In this document: positions 50,143-59,697 of the stretch, piece by piece
How positions within the stretch are numbered: the first letter of the stretch is position 1
Layout of the letters: every line of letters begins with the position of its first letter
Source: an uncultured delta proteobacterium
GTDB lineage: Bacteria; Desulfobacterota; RBG-13-43-22
Assembly (NCBI GenBank): GCA_963802945.1
Contig: CAWDKY010000030.1
Span: 32,001 to 96,000, forward strand
DNA length: 64,000 nucleotides
Direction of reading: 5' to 3'
The notes under the pieces: model-generated
Told to the model about the DNA's origin: nothing
Database searches by the model: none
What the model saw: only the letters and a program-made list of their open reading frames with translations
Translations under genes and position numbers: made by a program

Positions 50143-51198
50143 TTAAATGGTTCTCCCTTTAATTAAAAGATAAAGAAAAATAGGAGCGCCGGCAAAAGAG
50201 GTGATGATTCCTACCGGCAGTATAATCGGCTCCATAACCGTACGGGCAATAATGTCCGAGAGCAGGAGGATGAGTCCGCCGGAGATTGCTGATAAGGGTA
50301 TTAGGAAGCGATAATCGTTGCCTACCATTCGTCTCATGAGGTGGGGGGCCATGAGGCCAATGAAACCTATGATGCCCAGGAAGGCAGTGGTCACCGAAAC
50401 CATCAGTGCGGAAAGAAGCAGGCTCATCAGACGCAGGCGTCGAACCGAGACGCCAAGCCCCTTAGCTGCATCATCTCCCCACTGAAAGGCGTTGTAGTCC
50501 CATCCCTTACGTAAGAAGATGACAAATATCGGGCATAAAATCAGGCTCATGATAAGATTCTCTCCCCAACCGGCCTTACCCAGATCGCCGAAAGTCCAGA
50601 AAATAGTGGCCGCCACCTGCATGTCTGTGGCAAAATATTGAAGGAACATGGTTCCTGCAAGGAAGAAGGCACTCAGGGCAACACCGGCCAGGATAACACC
50701 TTCACTGCTGATTTGCCTTAAGGTGGAAATTAAGAGTATCAGTCCTACGGTCAGCAGGGAACCGACAAAAGCCGCCGGCACGACAACCGATGGCAGGCTG
50801 GTGGTAACGGCCTCAATCCCTTCTGTGTGGACCTTTCCCGCCCCTAAAACGATAATGGCGAAAGCTGCACCAAAGGCCGCCCCGTGGGACACCCCGATGG
50901 TGAAAGGTTCAGCCAAAGGATTTCTGAAGACATTTTGTAAAACCACACCAGCCAGCCCCAGCCCGGCCCCGGCGATTACAGCCCCGATAATTCGGGGAAG
51001 TCTAATATTCCACAGCACATGATGATCAAGCCCATTAGCGTTCCAAGAAAACAGGGTGAAGAGAATCTCTCTCAGCGAAAGATGGATGGATCCTACTTTT
51101 AGAGAATAAAGGCCTGCTCCAAGAAGGAGCAATAGGAGGACCACCCCCGTCCAAATTTTTTTCTTTGTCAGCTCCCGGTAGCCATCTTCCGGTTGCAT
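50143..51198 (-). CDS. FecCD/BtuC-type ABC permease
   Basis: IRLPR, RNPLAEP, GFIGLMAPH. Confidence 0.92.
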   Translation of the reverse strand: MQPEDGYRELTKKKIWTGVVLLLLLLGAGLYSLKVGSIHLSLREILFTLFSWNANGLDHHVLWNIRLPRIIGAVIAGAGLGLAGVVLQNVFRNPLAEPFTIGVSHGAAFGAAFAIIVLGAGKVHTEGIEAVTTSLPSVVVPAAFVGSLLTVGLILLISTLRQISSEGVILAGVALSAFFLAGTMFLQYFATDMQVAATIFWTFGDLGKAGWGENLIMSLILCPIFVIFLRKGWDYNAFQWGDDAAKGLGVSVRRLRLMSLLLSALMVSVTTAFLGIIGFIGLMAPHLMRRMVGNDYRFLIPLSAISGGLILLLSDIIARTVMEPIILPVGIITSFAGAPIFLYLLIKGRTI

Positions 51199-51199
51199 C

Positions 51200-52327
51200 C
51201 TACTGGATACGAAGACCCTCTTTTTCAAAAAGCACCTTTCCAAACCCGTAGAGTTCCTTCTTGATCCGATTATATACGGGTAACCCTATAAAGAAGTTAA
51301 AGATCTCATCCGTTTTCTTTGCCGGTTCAATATCCGCAAAATGCGTAGGATAGAGTATTCTCCCTATAAAATAAGCGTCGGCAATCATGATTTCTATGTT
51401 GGTATGATAATAATTATAGGGCAGGGTGAGAAATACCCTATTTTTCTGTACAGCGGAAAGGCGTCTATAAAACCCTGCATTCCGGCGATAATCGGATTGG
51501 ACCATCTCCAGGCCCCCGGCATCGATGAATATGAACTCTGGGTTCCAGAGAAGAAGCTTTTCAGGATCAATGTAATTATGGCCGGTCCGGCCGATTTCAT
51601 TAGCCACGTTTCGGGCTTGGACCCATTCAAGAGGCAGGTAAAAAGCCTCGGTACTGGTTAGACCATGCACCCCCTTGAAGCCGATGGCCCCCACATAGGC
51701 CCGGGGACGTAAGCCATCCGGGATATCGGAGGTTCTGTCTCTGAGATCCTTTTCAGACTTCTTGATAAAGGCGATAACTTCTTCGGCCCGAGCACTTTTA
51801 TCCAGAAACTTTCCGGCCAGCCGCAGGGATCCGAAGATATTTTCCTTGTCCAAACCTCCTCCGGGAGAGCCATAGCTCAGCACCACCACAGGAATTCCAG
51901 TCTTTTGCTGAATGGTTTCGACCTGGGCAAGGTCTACTCCCATGGCCAGGATCAGATCAGGTCTGACAGCGATGATCTTTTCAAAATCCGGCAGTTTCCC
52001 AGGTCCTCCCTCCCCGATGTCCGGTAAGGATTGAGCAATTTTTTCAACGGCCAGGCTGTACACCCGGGTGGTAGGTAATGGTTTCTGTTTTTCCAATCTT
52101 TCCACACCGGCAACTTTATCAAGGGCCTGAAGGTAGACTACAAAACGCAAGGCCCCACCTAAGGGTACGATCCGGCTGACTCTTTGAGGGATGCGCACTG
52201 ACCTTCCCGCCATGTCCTTTATGGTGAGATTTTCCTTTGCGGCCAGGACCTGAACATTGGAATAAATCAAGCAACCAAGTATGATCCCTAACATTAAGAT
52301 ATTCGAACGCCTCAAATAACCCGCCAT
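51200..52327 (-). CDS. FecB/BtuF-type periplasmic binding protein
   Basis: DMAGRSVRIP, EKIIAVRPDLIL, AVQKNRV. Confidence 0.9.
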   Translation of the reverse strand: MAGYLRRSNILMLGIILGCLIYSNVQVLAAKENLTIKDMAGRSVRIPQRVSRIVPLGGALRFVVYLQALDKVAGVERLEKQKPLPTTRVYSLAVEKIAQSLPDIGEGGPGKLPDFEKIIAVRPDLILAMGVDLAQVETIQQKTGIPVVVLSYGSPGGGLDKENIFGSLRLAGKFLDKSARAEEVIAFIKKSEKDLRDRTSDIPDGLRPRAYVGAIGFKGVHGLTSTEAFYLPLEWVQARNVANEIGRTGHNYIDPEKLLLWNPEFIFIDAGGLEMVQSDYRRNAGFYRRLSAVQKNRVFLTLPYNYYHTNIEIMIADAYFIGRILYPTHFADIEPAKKTDEIFNFFIGLPVYNRIKKELYGFGKVLFEKEGLRIQ

Positions 52328-53103
52328 ACAATAACCCCCTCTTCTACATAGGTGCGATGACGCACCCTGCCGTTTACCTCCATTTGGGAAACCACATCCC
52401 GTATGAGCTTTCTTTGGGCAGGGTGTCCGGTAAGCTCGATATGACCGGCCAGATCTTCAAGGGTTTCATCGACCGTGCCTTCCCAGTCCCAGAAGGTGTT
52501 TATGAAATCAAGGCTCGAAGACCAGCCTGTTTTTTTCAGCAGATTGTAAATGATCAAAGCTCCCGGCGGTGGTCCGAAAGGCAGACTGTGTATTCGGAAG
52601 ACCTCTTCCATTAAGGTGTTTTTCCGTTTATTGCCCCAACCTACATAGACGCACCACTGTTTGGAACAAAGCATCATCTTTTTAACATCTTCTTCGTCAC
52701 AGACCGCCATGGACATGGACGTCCAAACGATATCGAAACTCCTGAGGAATCCCTGCAAGGAGACGTCAAGGGAGTCCCAGGATGCCTGGAGATGATCCCA
52801 ATTATGGATGCCGTGCCTTTGGGCTTCCTCCTCAAACAGGCCCAGCATCTTTTCTGAGATATCGACCCCGGTAACCTTCAAGGCCTTGCGGGCCAGCGGC
52901 AAGGTATAGATACCCGTACCGCAACCGATGTCGAGAATGTCGGCCCCTGCGGTTTCAACCCCCTTACTTGTAACCAGGGATATAACCTCTTCGGTTTTTT
53001 TGAGATTTTCAGGGTCAAAAGGTAAGGGATACTTCTTGGCCTTCATCTCCCAAAAATTTCTGAAACGGTCCTCCCGGAACCTGGCTTCCCTTTCAGTATC
53101 CAT
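52312..53103 (-). CDS. Class I SAM methyltransferase
   Basis: ILDIGCGTG, GVDISEKM. Confidence 0.88.
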   Translation of the reverse strand: MDTEREARFREDRFRNFWEMKAKKYPLPFDPENLKKTEEVISLVTSKGVETAGADILDIGCGTGIYTLPLARKALKVTGVDISEKMLGLFEEEAQRHGIHNWDHLQASWDSLDVSLQGFLRSFDIVWTSMSMAVCDEEDVKKMMLCSKQWCVYVGWGNKRKNTLMEEVFRIHSLPFGPPPGALIIYNLLKKTGWSSSLDFINTFWDWEGTVDETLEDLAGHIELTGHPAQRKLIRDVVSQMEVNGRVRHRTYVEEGVIVWRVI

Positions 53104-53113
53104 ACCATTTCCT

Positions 53114-55210
53114 CTAAAAAGTGAGTTTTATAGCTGTACCAATTACCCTGCCCAGCGAAGGGTACCCCAGGACCTCTTGGTATTGTTTGTCAAAGAGATT
53201 TTCAACATACAAGCTTAGTTCGACGTGTTTCATCAGTGGTATTTTGAGTTCCACATCAGCGGTAATAAACGAATCCAGGGTCATGAGTTTGTAGTTTGTC
53301 GTTTGCGGCCATCCCCAGCCGGTGCTGTAAGTATAAATGGTCTTCTGTTCCCCCACGTAACGGGCAGTCGTGTTTAACAGCATCTTATAAGGAAGCTTCC
53401 AGTCCAGCCCTAGACTTCCCTTCCATTCAGGCAAGTAATCAAGTTCATCCGTAAGGTGGGCCGTATCGAAAGGATCTCCTTCTTTTTTGCTTTTCTGGTA
53501 GGTTAGGTTGGCCTTGGCAGAAAGCCAACCGGTAATATCTGTTCGGCCCTCAACAGAACCGCCCCATAAGGTGACCTTGTCAATATTATAGGTCCCTTGC
53601 CAATTTGGGTCGAATCGCATATATATAAAATTATCTATGTTGTAATAGTAGGTGGAGAGACGCACGGAACTCTTTTTCCCAAAATTATGCTGATAGATAA
53701 GCTCCCCGGCGGTGTTTTTCTCAGGTTGAAGAACGGGGTTTCCGTGGGTCTGCCCGGTAGCCCACCAATACATCTCCGGTAGGTTAGGGGTTCTTAGGGC
53801 CTGGTATACTGACGCCGTCAGTGTGTCAGAAGGAGTTATTTTGAAGGTACCGGTCAGCTTCGGAGAAAATCCATCATCATTCAGTTCAGGAATTGTACTG
53901 CCGTTTATGGGAATCAGATGGTAGATATCATATCTTAATCCCAAGGTTGCTGTGAACCAGTCGGACATTTTCCAGGTGTCCTGAGCATAATATCCCCAAT
54001 TTTTGCCTTCCTGCGACGGAGCATAGCCGCTATAAGGCTGCCCGTTATATGTGGTATCGACATAATTTACAATAGTATTACCGAAGGCCAAGACCTTATA
54101 GTCCACACCCATAATCAGCTCATGCTTCCCAAGCGGTATCGTCCCCTTTAAATTTCCTCCATAGGACCGGTCGGATTCAACGGTCCTGTCGAGCACGAGG
54201 ATCCCATCGGGATAACCGCTTACTACGGAACTCGACGAGTAGTTTTTTTCCCTTCTGTCCTCTATGTTCTTATAAACCTTGAACTCCACCAGCGCATCGC
54301 CAATGGGCTGCTTATAGCCCAAATCAAGATAATATTTTGTCTTGTCCCATTGGGCATCAGGTCCGGGGGTGGAGACATTTCCCATATAGGGGGATAGGGT
54401 TTCTCCAAAGGCGAGGGGATAGTTCGGATTTTTTTTTACGAAAAAATTGGGATTGGTCGGGTCGTCTGATAACCTGTTCTCCCGAATAAAACCCCGCACG
54501 GTATTGTTGTATTGGAGTCCCAGGGACAGCTCCCCCCGAAGCGGCATATCCAGATATAGCGATCCGGCAAAATTTTTGGCCTCAAAATCATTGTTCCATA
54601 GAAAAGGGTCTCCCTTCTGGTAACTGGCGGCCAGGGAATACCCCAGAGGTCCGATTTTGTAAGTATGGGTCAGACGGTAGTTCTGGATGCCTTCGCCGTC
54701 TTGCCCAATCCCGTAGTTCCCGTAAAAAGTCAGTGTGGGGGTTTCCGTGGGTCTTTGGGTTACCACATTGATTACACCTCCAAGAGCATTGTTGCCATAA
54801 ATGGCCGAACTTCCCCCCTTGATTATTTCAATCCGTTCAATGTTGTCGAGAGGGATGGTGCCCCAGTCAATGAAGTAACCGCCCACTACCCCTGCTGCAT
54901 TTACCGGTCTGCCGTCGATGTTCAACAAGATTCTGTCCCCAGACAAACCCCGGATCGATAAAATATCAGCCGTATCGCCGATGCTGGCCCTTCTGTGCAA
55001 ATCAATATCGGGTTCGTTTTTTAATACATCGGGGATGTTAACGTTCTTTCCCCGTTCAATGGTCTCCTTCCCGACCACGGTCGCTGCGGGTTCGGAGGAA
55101 ATAGAATCCGTTACCACGATCTCCTCCAGCGTAAGATGATCAACCTCCGTAGCCCATCCGAAGCTGGCAAACAAAGAAAACAATATGGTGAATAAAATAA
55201 TAACAGGCAT
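53114..55210 (-). CDS. TonB-dependent receptor
   Basis: EEIVVT, IERIEIIKGGSSAIYG..ALGGVINVVT, ENLFDKQY, terminal F. Confidence 0.95.
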   Translation of the reverse strand: MPVIILFTILFSLFASFGWATEVDHLTLEEIVVTDSISSEPAATVVGKETIERGKNVNIPDVLKNEPDIDLHRRASIGDTADILSIRGLSGDRILLNIDGRPVNAAGVVGGYFIDWGTIPLDNIERIEIIKGGSSAIYGNNALGGVINVVTQRPTETPTLTFYGNYGIGQDGEGIQNYRLTHTYKIGPLGYSLAASYQKGDPFLWNNDFEAKNFAGSLYLDMPLRGELSLGLQYNNTVRGFIRENRLSDDPTNPNFFVKKNPNYPLAFGETLSPYMGNVSTPGPDAQWDKTKYYLDLGYKQPIGDALVEFKVYKNIEDRREKNYSSSSVVSGYPDGILVLDRTVESDRSYGGNLKGTIPLGKHELIMGVDYKVLAFGNTIVNYVDTTYNGQPYSGYAPSQEGKNWGYYAQDTWKMSDWFTATLGLRYDIYHLIPINGSTIPELNDDGFSPKLTGTFKITPSDTLTASVYQALRTPNLPEMYWWATGQTHGNPVLQPEKNTAGELIYQHNFGKKSSVRLSTYYYNIDNFIYMRFDPNWQGTYNIDKVTLWGGSVEGRTDITGWLSAKANLTYQKSKKEGDPFDTAHLTDELDYLPEWKGSLGLDWKLPYKMLLNTTARYVGEQKTIYTYSTGWGWPQTTNYKLMTLDSFITADVELKIPLMKHVELSLYVENLFDKQYQEVLGYPSLGRVIGTAIKLTF

Positions 55211-55294
55211 TAGGCATCTCCTTTTTTGTTTTAATTTTCACCCCCTTTCTGATATATTTTTATAAGGGAGCGAAGTGTTTTGTAGCGTTTCCCT

Positions 55295-55336
55295 GCAGAC
55301 AGGGCGCTACCGGCTAAAGGTTCCCGCCCTGTCTGC
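55295..55336. other. Perfect 12-bp inverted repeat in the fmdE-receptor spacer
   Basis: GCAGACAGGGCG ... CGCCCTGTCTGC. Confidence 0.6.
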
Positions 55337-55531
55337 CTTCTCTTAACTTTTTAGGGTATTAACCCTGTCTCAATAAGCATCATTTCCTTCTTCTTCCCAA
55401 AAAAAACTTAGGCATCAGGTTATTCCTCCCATCCAGGTGTATATTCCCACCGCTTTTTCCCCCCGGTGGCTTAAGTTAATATGGGGATACCGTTTTTGGG
55501 TTAAACCAGAAGTGGTCTTCTTAAAACCCTT

Positions 55532-56146
55532 TTAATACCGTCTTTCCATATCTTCAAAACAAGGGATACACAGTACCTTTTCCTGAAAACGCCGTGTTCG
55601 TGTCTCCATGACTGCCTCACCACACGAGTCACAGATCAAACTGGACAGGATCCGGGCTTTCCTGGGAGCAGGTTCGGATGGGGTCTTGATTTCAAAGAGT
55701 TTGTTAAAATCAGCTTCCATAATATGCCGGGAGATTCGCTCCTGGCTTTCCTGCCAAGTCTTCTCTTCCTCTTCAGTCAAGCCCTCTTGCTGCATCTTTC
55801 GAAAAAACTCTTTGAGGATCGGTCCGGATTCTCCAAAAATATCTGGACGGGCTATCAGCCGGGCTGATTTACCGTCCCGTCTCCGGTAGAAGGTAAAGGC
55901 GTTTTTCCCGAAGTCCTTGTGAATCAAGTTGCCCTTGCCAAAGGTGCAGCCGGTTAAAAATTGTATGGCGTCTACGCCACACATGTCGGTTTCCACTACG
56001 GCCACAATTTCTTCGTCCGAGGCCTTGCCCATTTCCTCAACGGCCCACTGGGCAGCCCGGATTCCAACGGCCAGTCCAGGACACCAATGGCCGTGAAAAG
56101 AGATTGTTTGTTCGATGCGTTGGGGATTTATTGGTGCAGCGCTCAT
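55532..56146 (-). CDS. FmdE-family protein with C-terminal zinc finger
   Basis: FHGHWCPG, CGVDAIQFLTGCTFGKGNL, CDSCGE...CIPC; AAGGAG RBS before ATG 56146. Confidence 0.9.
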   Translation of the reverse strand: MSAAPINPQRIEQTISFHGHWCPGLAVGIRAAQWAVEEMGKASDEEIVAVVETDMCGVDAIQFLTGCTFGKGNLIHKDFGKNAFTFYRRRDGKSARLIARPDIFGESGPILKEFFRKMQQEGLTEEEEKTWQESQERISRHIMEADFNKLFEIKTPSEPAPRKARILSSLICDSCGEAVMETRTRRFQEKVLCIPCFEDMERRY

Positions 56147-56169
56147 AAATTTCTCCTTAATAAAGTCCA

Positions 56170-56357
56170 TTATTCTTCAAAATAAATTTTGTGATTGACC
56201 AGGTTCATCATTTTGATTCGAGCCTTTATGGTTTTCTGATCTCCAAAGATGTCTAACAGACGAAACTTATCAGATCCTTCAGGCTCGATCACATCCACAG
56301 ATTCCATAAGAAGCTCCTCCTCCCCCCTTTAACCAAATACGCATTGGATTCACACAT
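56170..56357 (-). CDS. CooT-family nickel-binding protein, frameshift in G6 run (56322-56327)
   Basis: GGAGG RBS; MCESNAYLVKGG/EEELLMESVDVIEP...DIFGDQKTIKARIK..NLVNHKIYFEE with Cys2 and C-terminal His; absent from the ORF track. Confidence 0.85.
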
Positions 56358-56419
56358 CTTTCAATTCCTCCTTCCCCGCCAATCACATACACGCTTGGTC
56401 GGCATAACTATTTATATCG

Positions 56420-56573
56420 AAAAAAAAAGCCACGAAAACCGAGCTGCTTCTTGCAGCTTTGGCCTTCGTGGCCCTGTTTAAAACAACTTCTTATAATTTA
56501 AATTACCAGTAGTGTGCCTTCTTGGCGTTCCTTGTTATAAAAGAGGTTACCTTAATCACTTGGTGAATGTCAA
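56420..56573 (-). promoter_or_regulatory. Promoter plus structured leader (ANGAA hairpins, intrinsic terminator)
   Basis: TTGACA; GCC-AAGAA-GGC 56526-56516; GGCC-ACGAA-GGCC 56473-56461 overlapping terminator GCCACGAAGGCC...GGTTTTCGTGGC-U9. Confidence 0.75.
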
Positions 56574-56725
56574 TAAAAAATTCCCCGATTATTCCCTTTG
56601 ATCTCCTTTCCTTACTTCTTTTATAATCCGGCCATTTCAAAAATAATTTGATAGAAGTGTCTTTTTGATAAGAAGAGCATAACATAAGAAAAAAAAGCGA
56701 AAGGTAATTGGATGAAAAAATTTTC

Positions 56726-56753
56726 TTGACAATTGCGCAATTTCCATTAAGTT
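56726..56753 (+). promoter_or_regulatory. Promoter with overlapping palindrome (candidate Zur/Fur-family site)
   Basis: TTGACA overlapped by TGACAATTGCGCAATTTCCA. Confidence 0.5.
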
Positions 56754-56833
56754 GTCCCTTAATATAGTAGGCTTGTTAAAAAAAATGGTTCACAGTTTGC
56801 TTTTCTTTACCTGAGAGTTATCATTTTAAGCTA

Positions 56834-57121
56834 ATGAATAGAAAATTTGCGTTATTCCTGCTCCTCTGTTTTTCTCTCTCCATTCTGGGGCTCGCCTTTC
56901 ATCACCATCAGGATGGAGTCCCCCATGACGACTGTTCCATCTGTTTTAATGTCGCCCACCAGGCAAATTTGGCTTTTGTTGATGTTCCTCAAATCGCACT
57001 ACCAACTTTCTATATTTCCCTTATCTCTTTAGAAAACACGACCAACTTATCCTATCTTTTTTGCTCTCCATACTCAAAACGAGCTCCCCCGCGTAGTTTC
57101 CAAACGCCAAAACGACTTTGA
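56834..57121 (+). CDS. DUF2946-like His/CxxC leader protein with RAPP motif
   Basis: TM/signal segment, HHHQDGVPHDDCSIC, C-terminal KRAPP. Confidence 0.75.
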   Translation: MNRKFALFLLLCFSLSILGLAFHHHQDGVPHDDCSICFNVAHQANLAFVDVPQIALPTFYISLISLENTTNLSYLFCSPYSKRAPPRSFQTPKRL

Positions 57122-57176
57122 TCTAAGAAACCAAGAGACATTTCATCAGAAAAACTGAATAAGGAGAGGTGCCATC

Positions 57177-58688
57177 ATGAAAACCATGATTACACTCGTC
57201 ATAGTGCTATTTTTATCATTTTCGACAAGCTTGTCTGCTCAGACCTTGGAAGACCGACTAAAAACCCTTGAGGAGACTCTCAAAAAACAGGAACAAACCC
57301 TCTCTGAGCAACGAAAGTTGTTTGAAGAATTAAAAGCAGAACAGCCACAGTCTCCTGCTTCCCCTGGTCAGACTTGGGAAGATCGACTAAAAACCCTTGA
57401 GGAGACTCTCAAAAAACAGGAACAAACCCTCTCTGAGCAACGAAAGTTGTTTGAAGGATTAAAAGCAGAACAGCCACGGCCCCCTGTTTCCTCCGCTGGC
57501 GCCACGACGAATCAGACCGTGGCGCCGGTGCAGTTACAGCAGCAAGTACAGGAGTTGACGGAGAAGGTGGATCAAGTGGTCGAAGCGCAGAAGAAGACCC
57601 TTCCCAGTGAGTTCAATCCTTCCATCGGGCTCGTGGGTGAAACAGTTTTCTCTTACAACAATAAGGGAATGAATGAAACAGGCAGCGCCCGGCCCGGCGG
57701 GTTCGATGTATTCCAACGTTCGGTGGAACTGAACCTGGCTGCCTCGGTCGATCCCTTTGCCCGCGGTTATGCGGTGATCAATGCTTCCGCCGACCCGATT
57801 ACCGGCGAATCAACCGCGACAGTGGAGGAGGCCGCCCTCGTCACGACCTCACTGCCCTGGAACCTGACGGTTCAGGCGGGACGATTCTTCGCTGAATTCG
57901 GTCGGTTGGCCTACATCCACGATCATGAACTGCCCGTTGTGAACCGTCCGTTGGTGCTCGATCAATACATCGGCGGCGAATCAAAAACAGACGGGGTACA
58001 GATCAACTACCTGCTGCCGATCCCGCATTACGTGAGCCTGACCGTAGGCGCGGGCGATCAGTTTGGCGACACACCCAATAATGTCGGCGATTTTCGTGAT
58101 TTCAGCGGGTTGAATTTTTGGGGCCGCGCCTCCACCTATTTCAACCTGACCCCCGATATCTCCTTCGAACCCGGCCTTTCAGGGCTGTGGAATCCGAGTG
58201 CCAATGACCGTGGCGGCGCGCTTCTCCAACCCGATGGCAGCACGTTTTACGAACGTGAGCGCCGCTTGTACGGAGCAGACTTCGTGCTGAGCTGGCGGCC
58301 GCTGCGCAACAATCAGTTCCAGAGCATCACCTGGGGAACCGAAGTGCTTTACAGCGACAACCGCTATGACGTTACTTCAGCAGGCAGCGACCTGGTCAGC
58401 CGCTCCGTGGGCTCCTTGGGCCTGTATTCATATCTGGCTTACAAGTTCCATCGGCAATGGACAGCCGGGTTCGCCTTTGACTGGGTGGAGAACGCGCAGA
58501 ATAATGATGCAAAAACCTCAGCCTACTCGGCCTACCTCACCTGGTCCTTGAGCCACTGGAATCAACTGCGCCTTCAATACACCCACACCGACAACAATGC
58601 CGCAACCGGCCTGCAAACCAATGATGCCGTTTATCTGCAATGGACCTGGATCATCGGCTCACATTCACATGGGTGGCAGCAACGCTGA
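57177..58688 (+). CDS. Outer-membrane protein linked to the Zn ABC cluster, N-terminal coiled coil
   Basis: Signal peptide; ELNLAASVDPF, EEA, HDHELP; C-terminal IGSHSH. Confidence 0.75.
   Translation: MKTMITLVIVLFLSFSTSLSAQTLEDRLKTLEETLKKQEQTLSEQRKLFEELKAEQPQSPASPGQTWEDRLKTLEETLKKQEQTLSEQRKLFEGLKAEQPRPPVSSAGATTNQTVAPVQLQQQVQELTEKVDQVVEAQKKTLPSEFNPSIGLVGETVFSYNNKGMNETGSARPGGFDVFQRSVELNLAASVDPFARGYAVINASADPITGESTATVEEAALVTTSLPWNLTVQAGRFFAEFGRLAYIHDHELPVVNRPLVLDQYIGGESKTDGVQINYLLPIPHYVSLTVGAGDQFGDTPNNVGDFRDFSGLNFWGRASTYFNLTPDISFEPGLSGLWNPSANDRGGALLQPDGSTFYERERRLYGADFVLSWRPLRNNQFQSITWGTEVLYSDNRYDVTSAGSDLVSRSVGSLGLYSYLAYKFHRQWTAGFAFDWVENAQNNDAKTSAYSAYLTWSLSHWNQLRLQYTHTDNNAATGLQTNDAVYLQWTWIIGSHSHGWQQR
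57239..57496 (+). repeat. 129-bp (43-aa) intragenic tandem duplication
   Basis: EDRLKTLEETLKKQEQTLSEQRKLFE occurs twice with near-identical DNA. Confidence 0.95.
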
Positions 58689-58710
58689 CCCTGAAAAGGA
58701 GGAACTCAAC

Positions 58711-59643
58711 ATGAAATCTAAATTATTCAGTTTCATAGCGATCATCGCGCTCACCGGGGTATTGTCCGGGTGGGCAATGCCTGCTCAGGCGGCTAAAATC
58801 CGCATTGTCACGACGCTGACTGACTTAGCGGACTTTGCCCGCGCCGTCGGCGGCGACCTGGTCGAAGTCCGCAGCTTGGCCACGGGCGTCGAAGATACCC
58901 ACGGGGTCCCGATGAAACCAAGCTTCGTGCCGATAATGAACCGGGCGGACCTTTTGGTCCTGGTGGGGTTCGATTGCGAGCACGCCTTCCTGCCCGCACT
59001 GCTGGAAGCCAGCAAGAATCCGCGTATCCAAATCGGCACCTCCGGCTACGTGGACTGCTCGAGGGGCATCATCCCCCGCGATGTGCCCAAGTCGACCGAT
59101 CACTACCAGGGCGACGTACATCCTTACGGCAACCCACACTACGTGCTCGACCCGGTATTGGCCAAGACCGCTATCGAGAACATCTACAACGCCCTGGTAA
59201 CCTTCGCCCCAGAGTATAAAGGAGAATTCACGCGCAACCGCGATGCCTACCTCGCCAGGCTCAACGCCAAGATTACCGAGTGGGAGAAGGAAGTCAAACC
59301 GCTTAAAGGCGTGAAGTTCGTATCCTATCACGAGCATTGGCCCTACTTCGCAGAGCGCTTTGGCCTGGATTATTTCGGTACGATAGAACTGAAGCCGGGC
59401 ATTGATCCGACTGCACGTCATATTGAGGAATTGATCACTGAGATGAAAGCCAAGCATGTTCCTATTGTCGTGCGCGAGCCGCAGTTTCCCGAAAAGGTGC
59501 CGAAACGCATCGCCGAACAGACCGGTGCGACCATGATTACGCTGCCCATCATGCCGGGCGCCGTACCCCAAACAGAGACGTACATTAAGATGATGGACTA
59601 TATCGTTCACACCATGGTCACCGCTGCGCAAGGCAGGACATAA
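58711..59643 (+). CDS. ZnuA/TroA-family metal-binding protein
   Basis: EDTHG, HPYGNPHY, YHEHWPYF. Confidence 0.9.
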   Translation: MKSKLFSFIAIIALTGVLSGWAMPAQAAKIRIVTTLTDLADFARAVGGDLVEVRSLATGVEDTHGVPMKPSFVPIMNRADLLVLVGFDCEHAFLPALLEASKNPRIQIGTSGYVDCSRGIIPRDVPKSTDHYQGDVHPYGNPHYVLDPVLAKTAIENIYNALVTFAPEYKGEFTRNRDAYLARLNAKITEWEKEVKPLKGVKFVSYHEHWPYFAERFGLDYFGTIELKPGIDPTARHIEELITEMKAKHVPIVVREPQFPEKVPKRIAEQTGATMITLPIMPGAVPQTETYIKMMDYIVHTMVTAAQGRT

Positions 59644-59697
59644 ACCTAAAAGGAGCGGGCTCCATCCATGCCTTGTCCTGGTGGAGCCCATTAGCAC

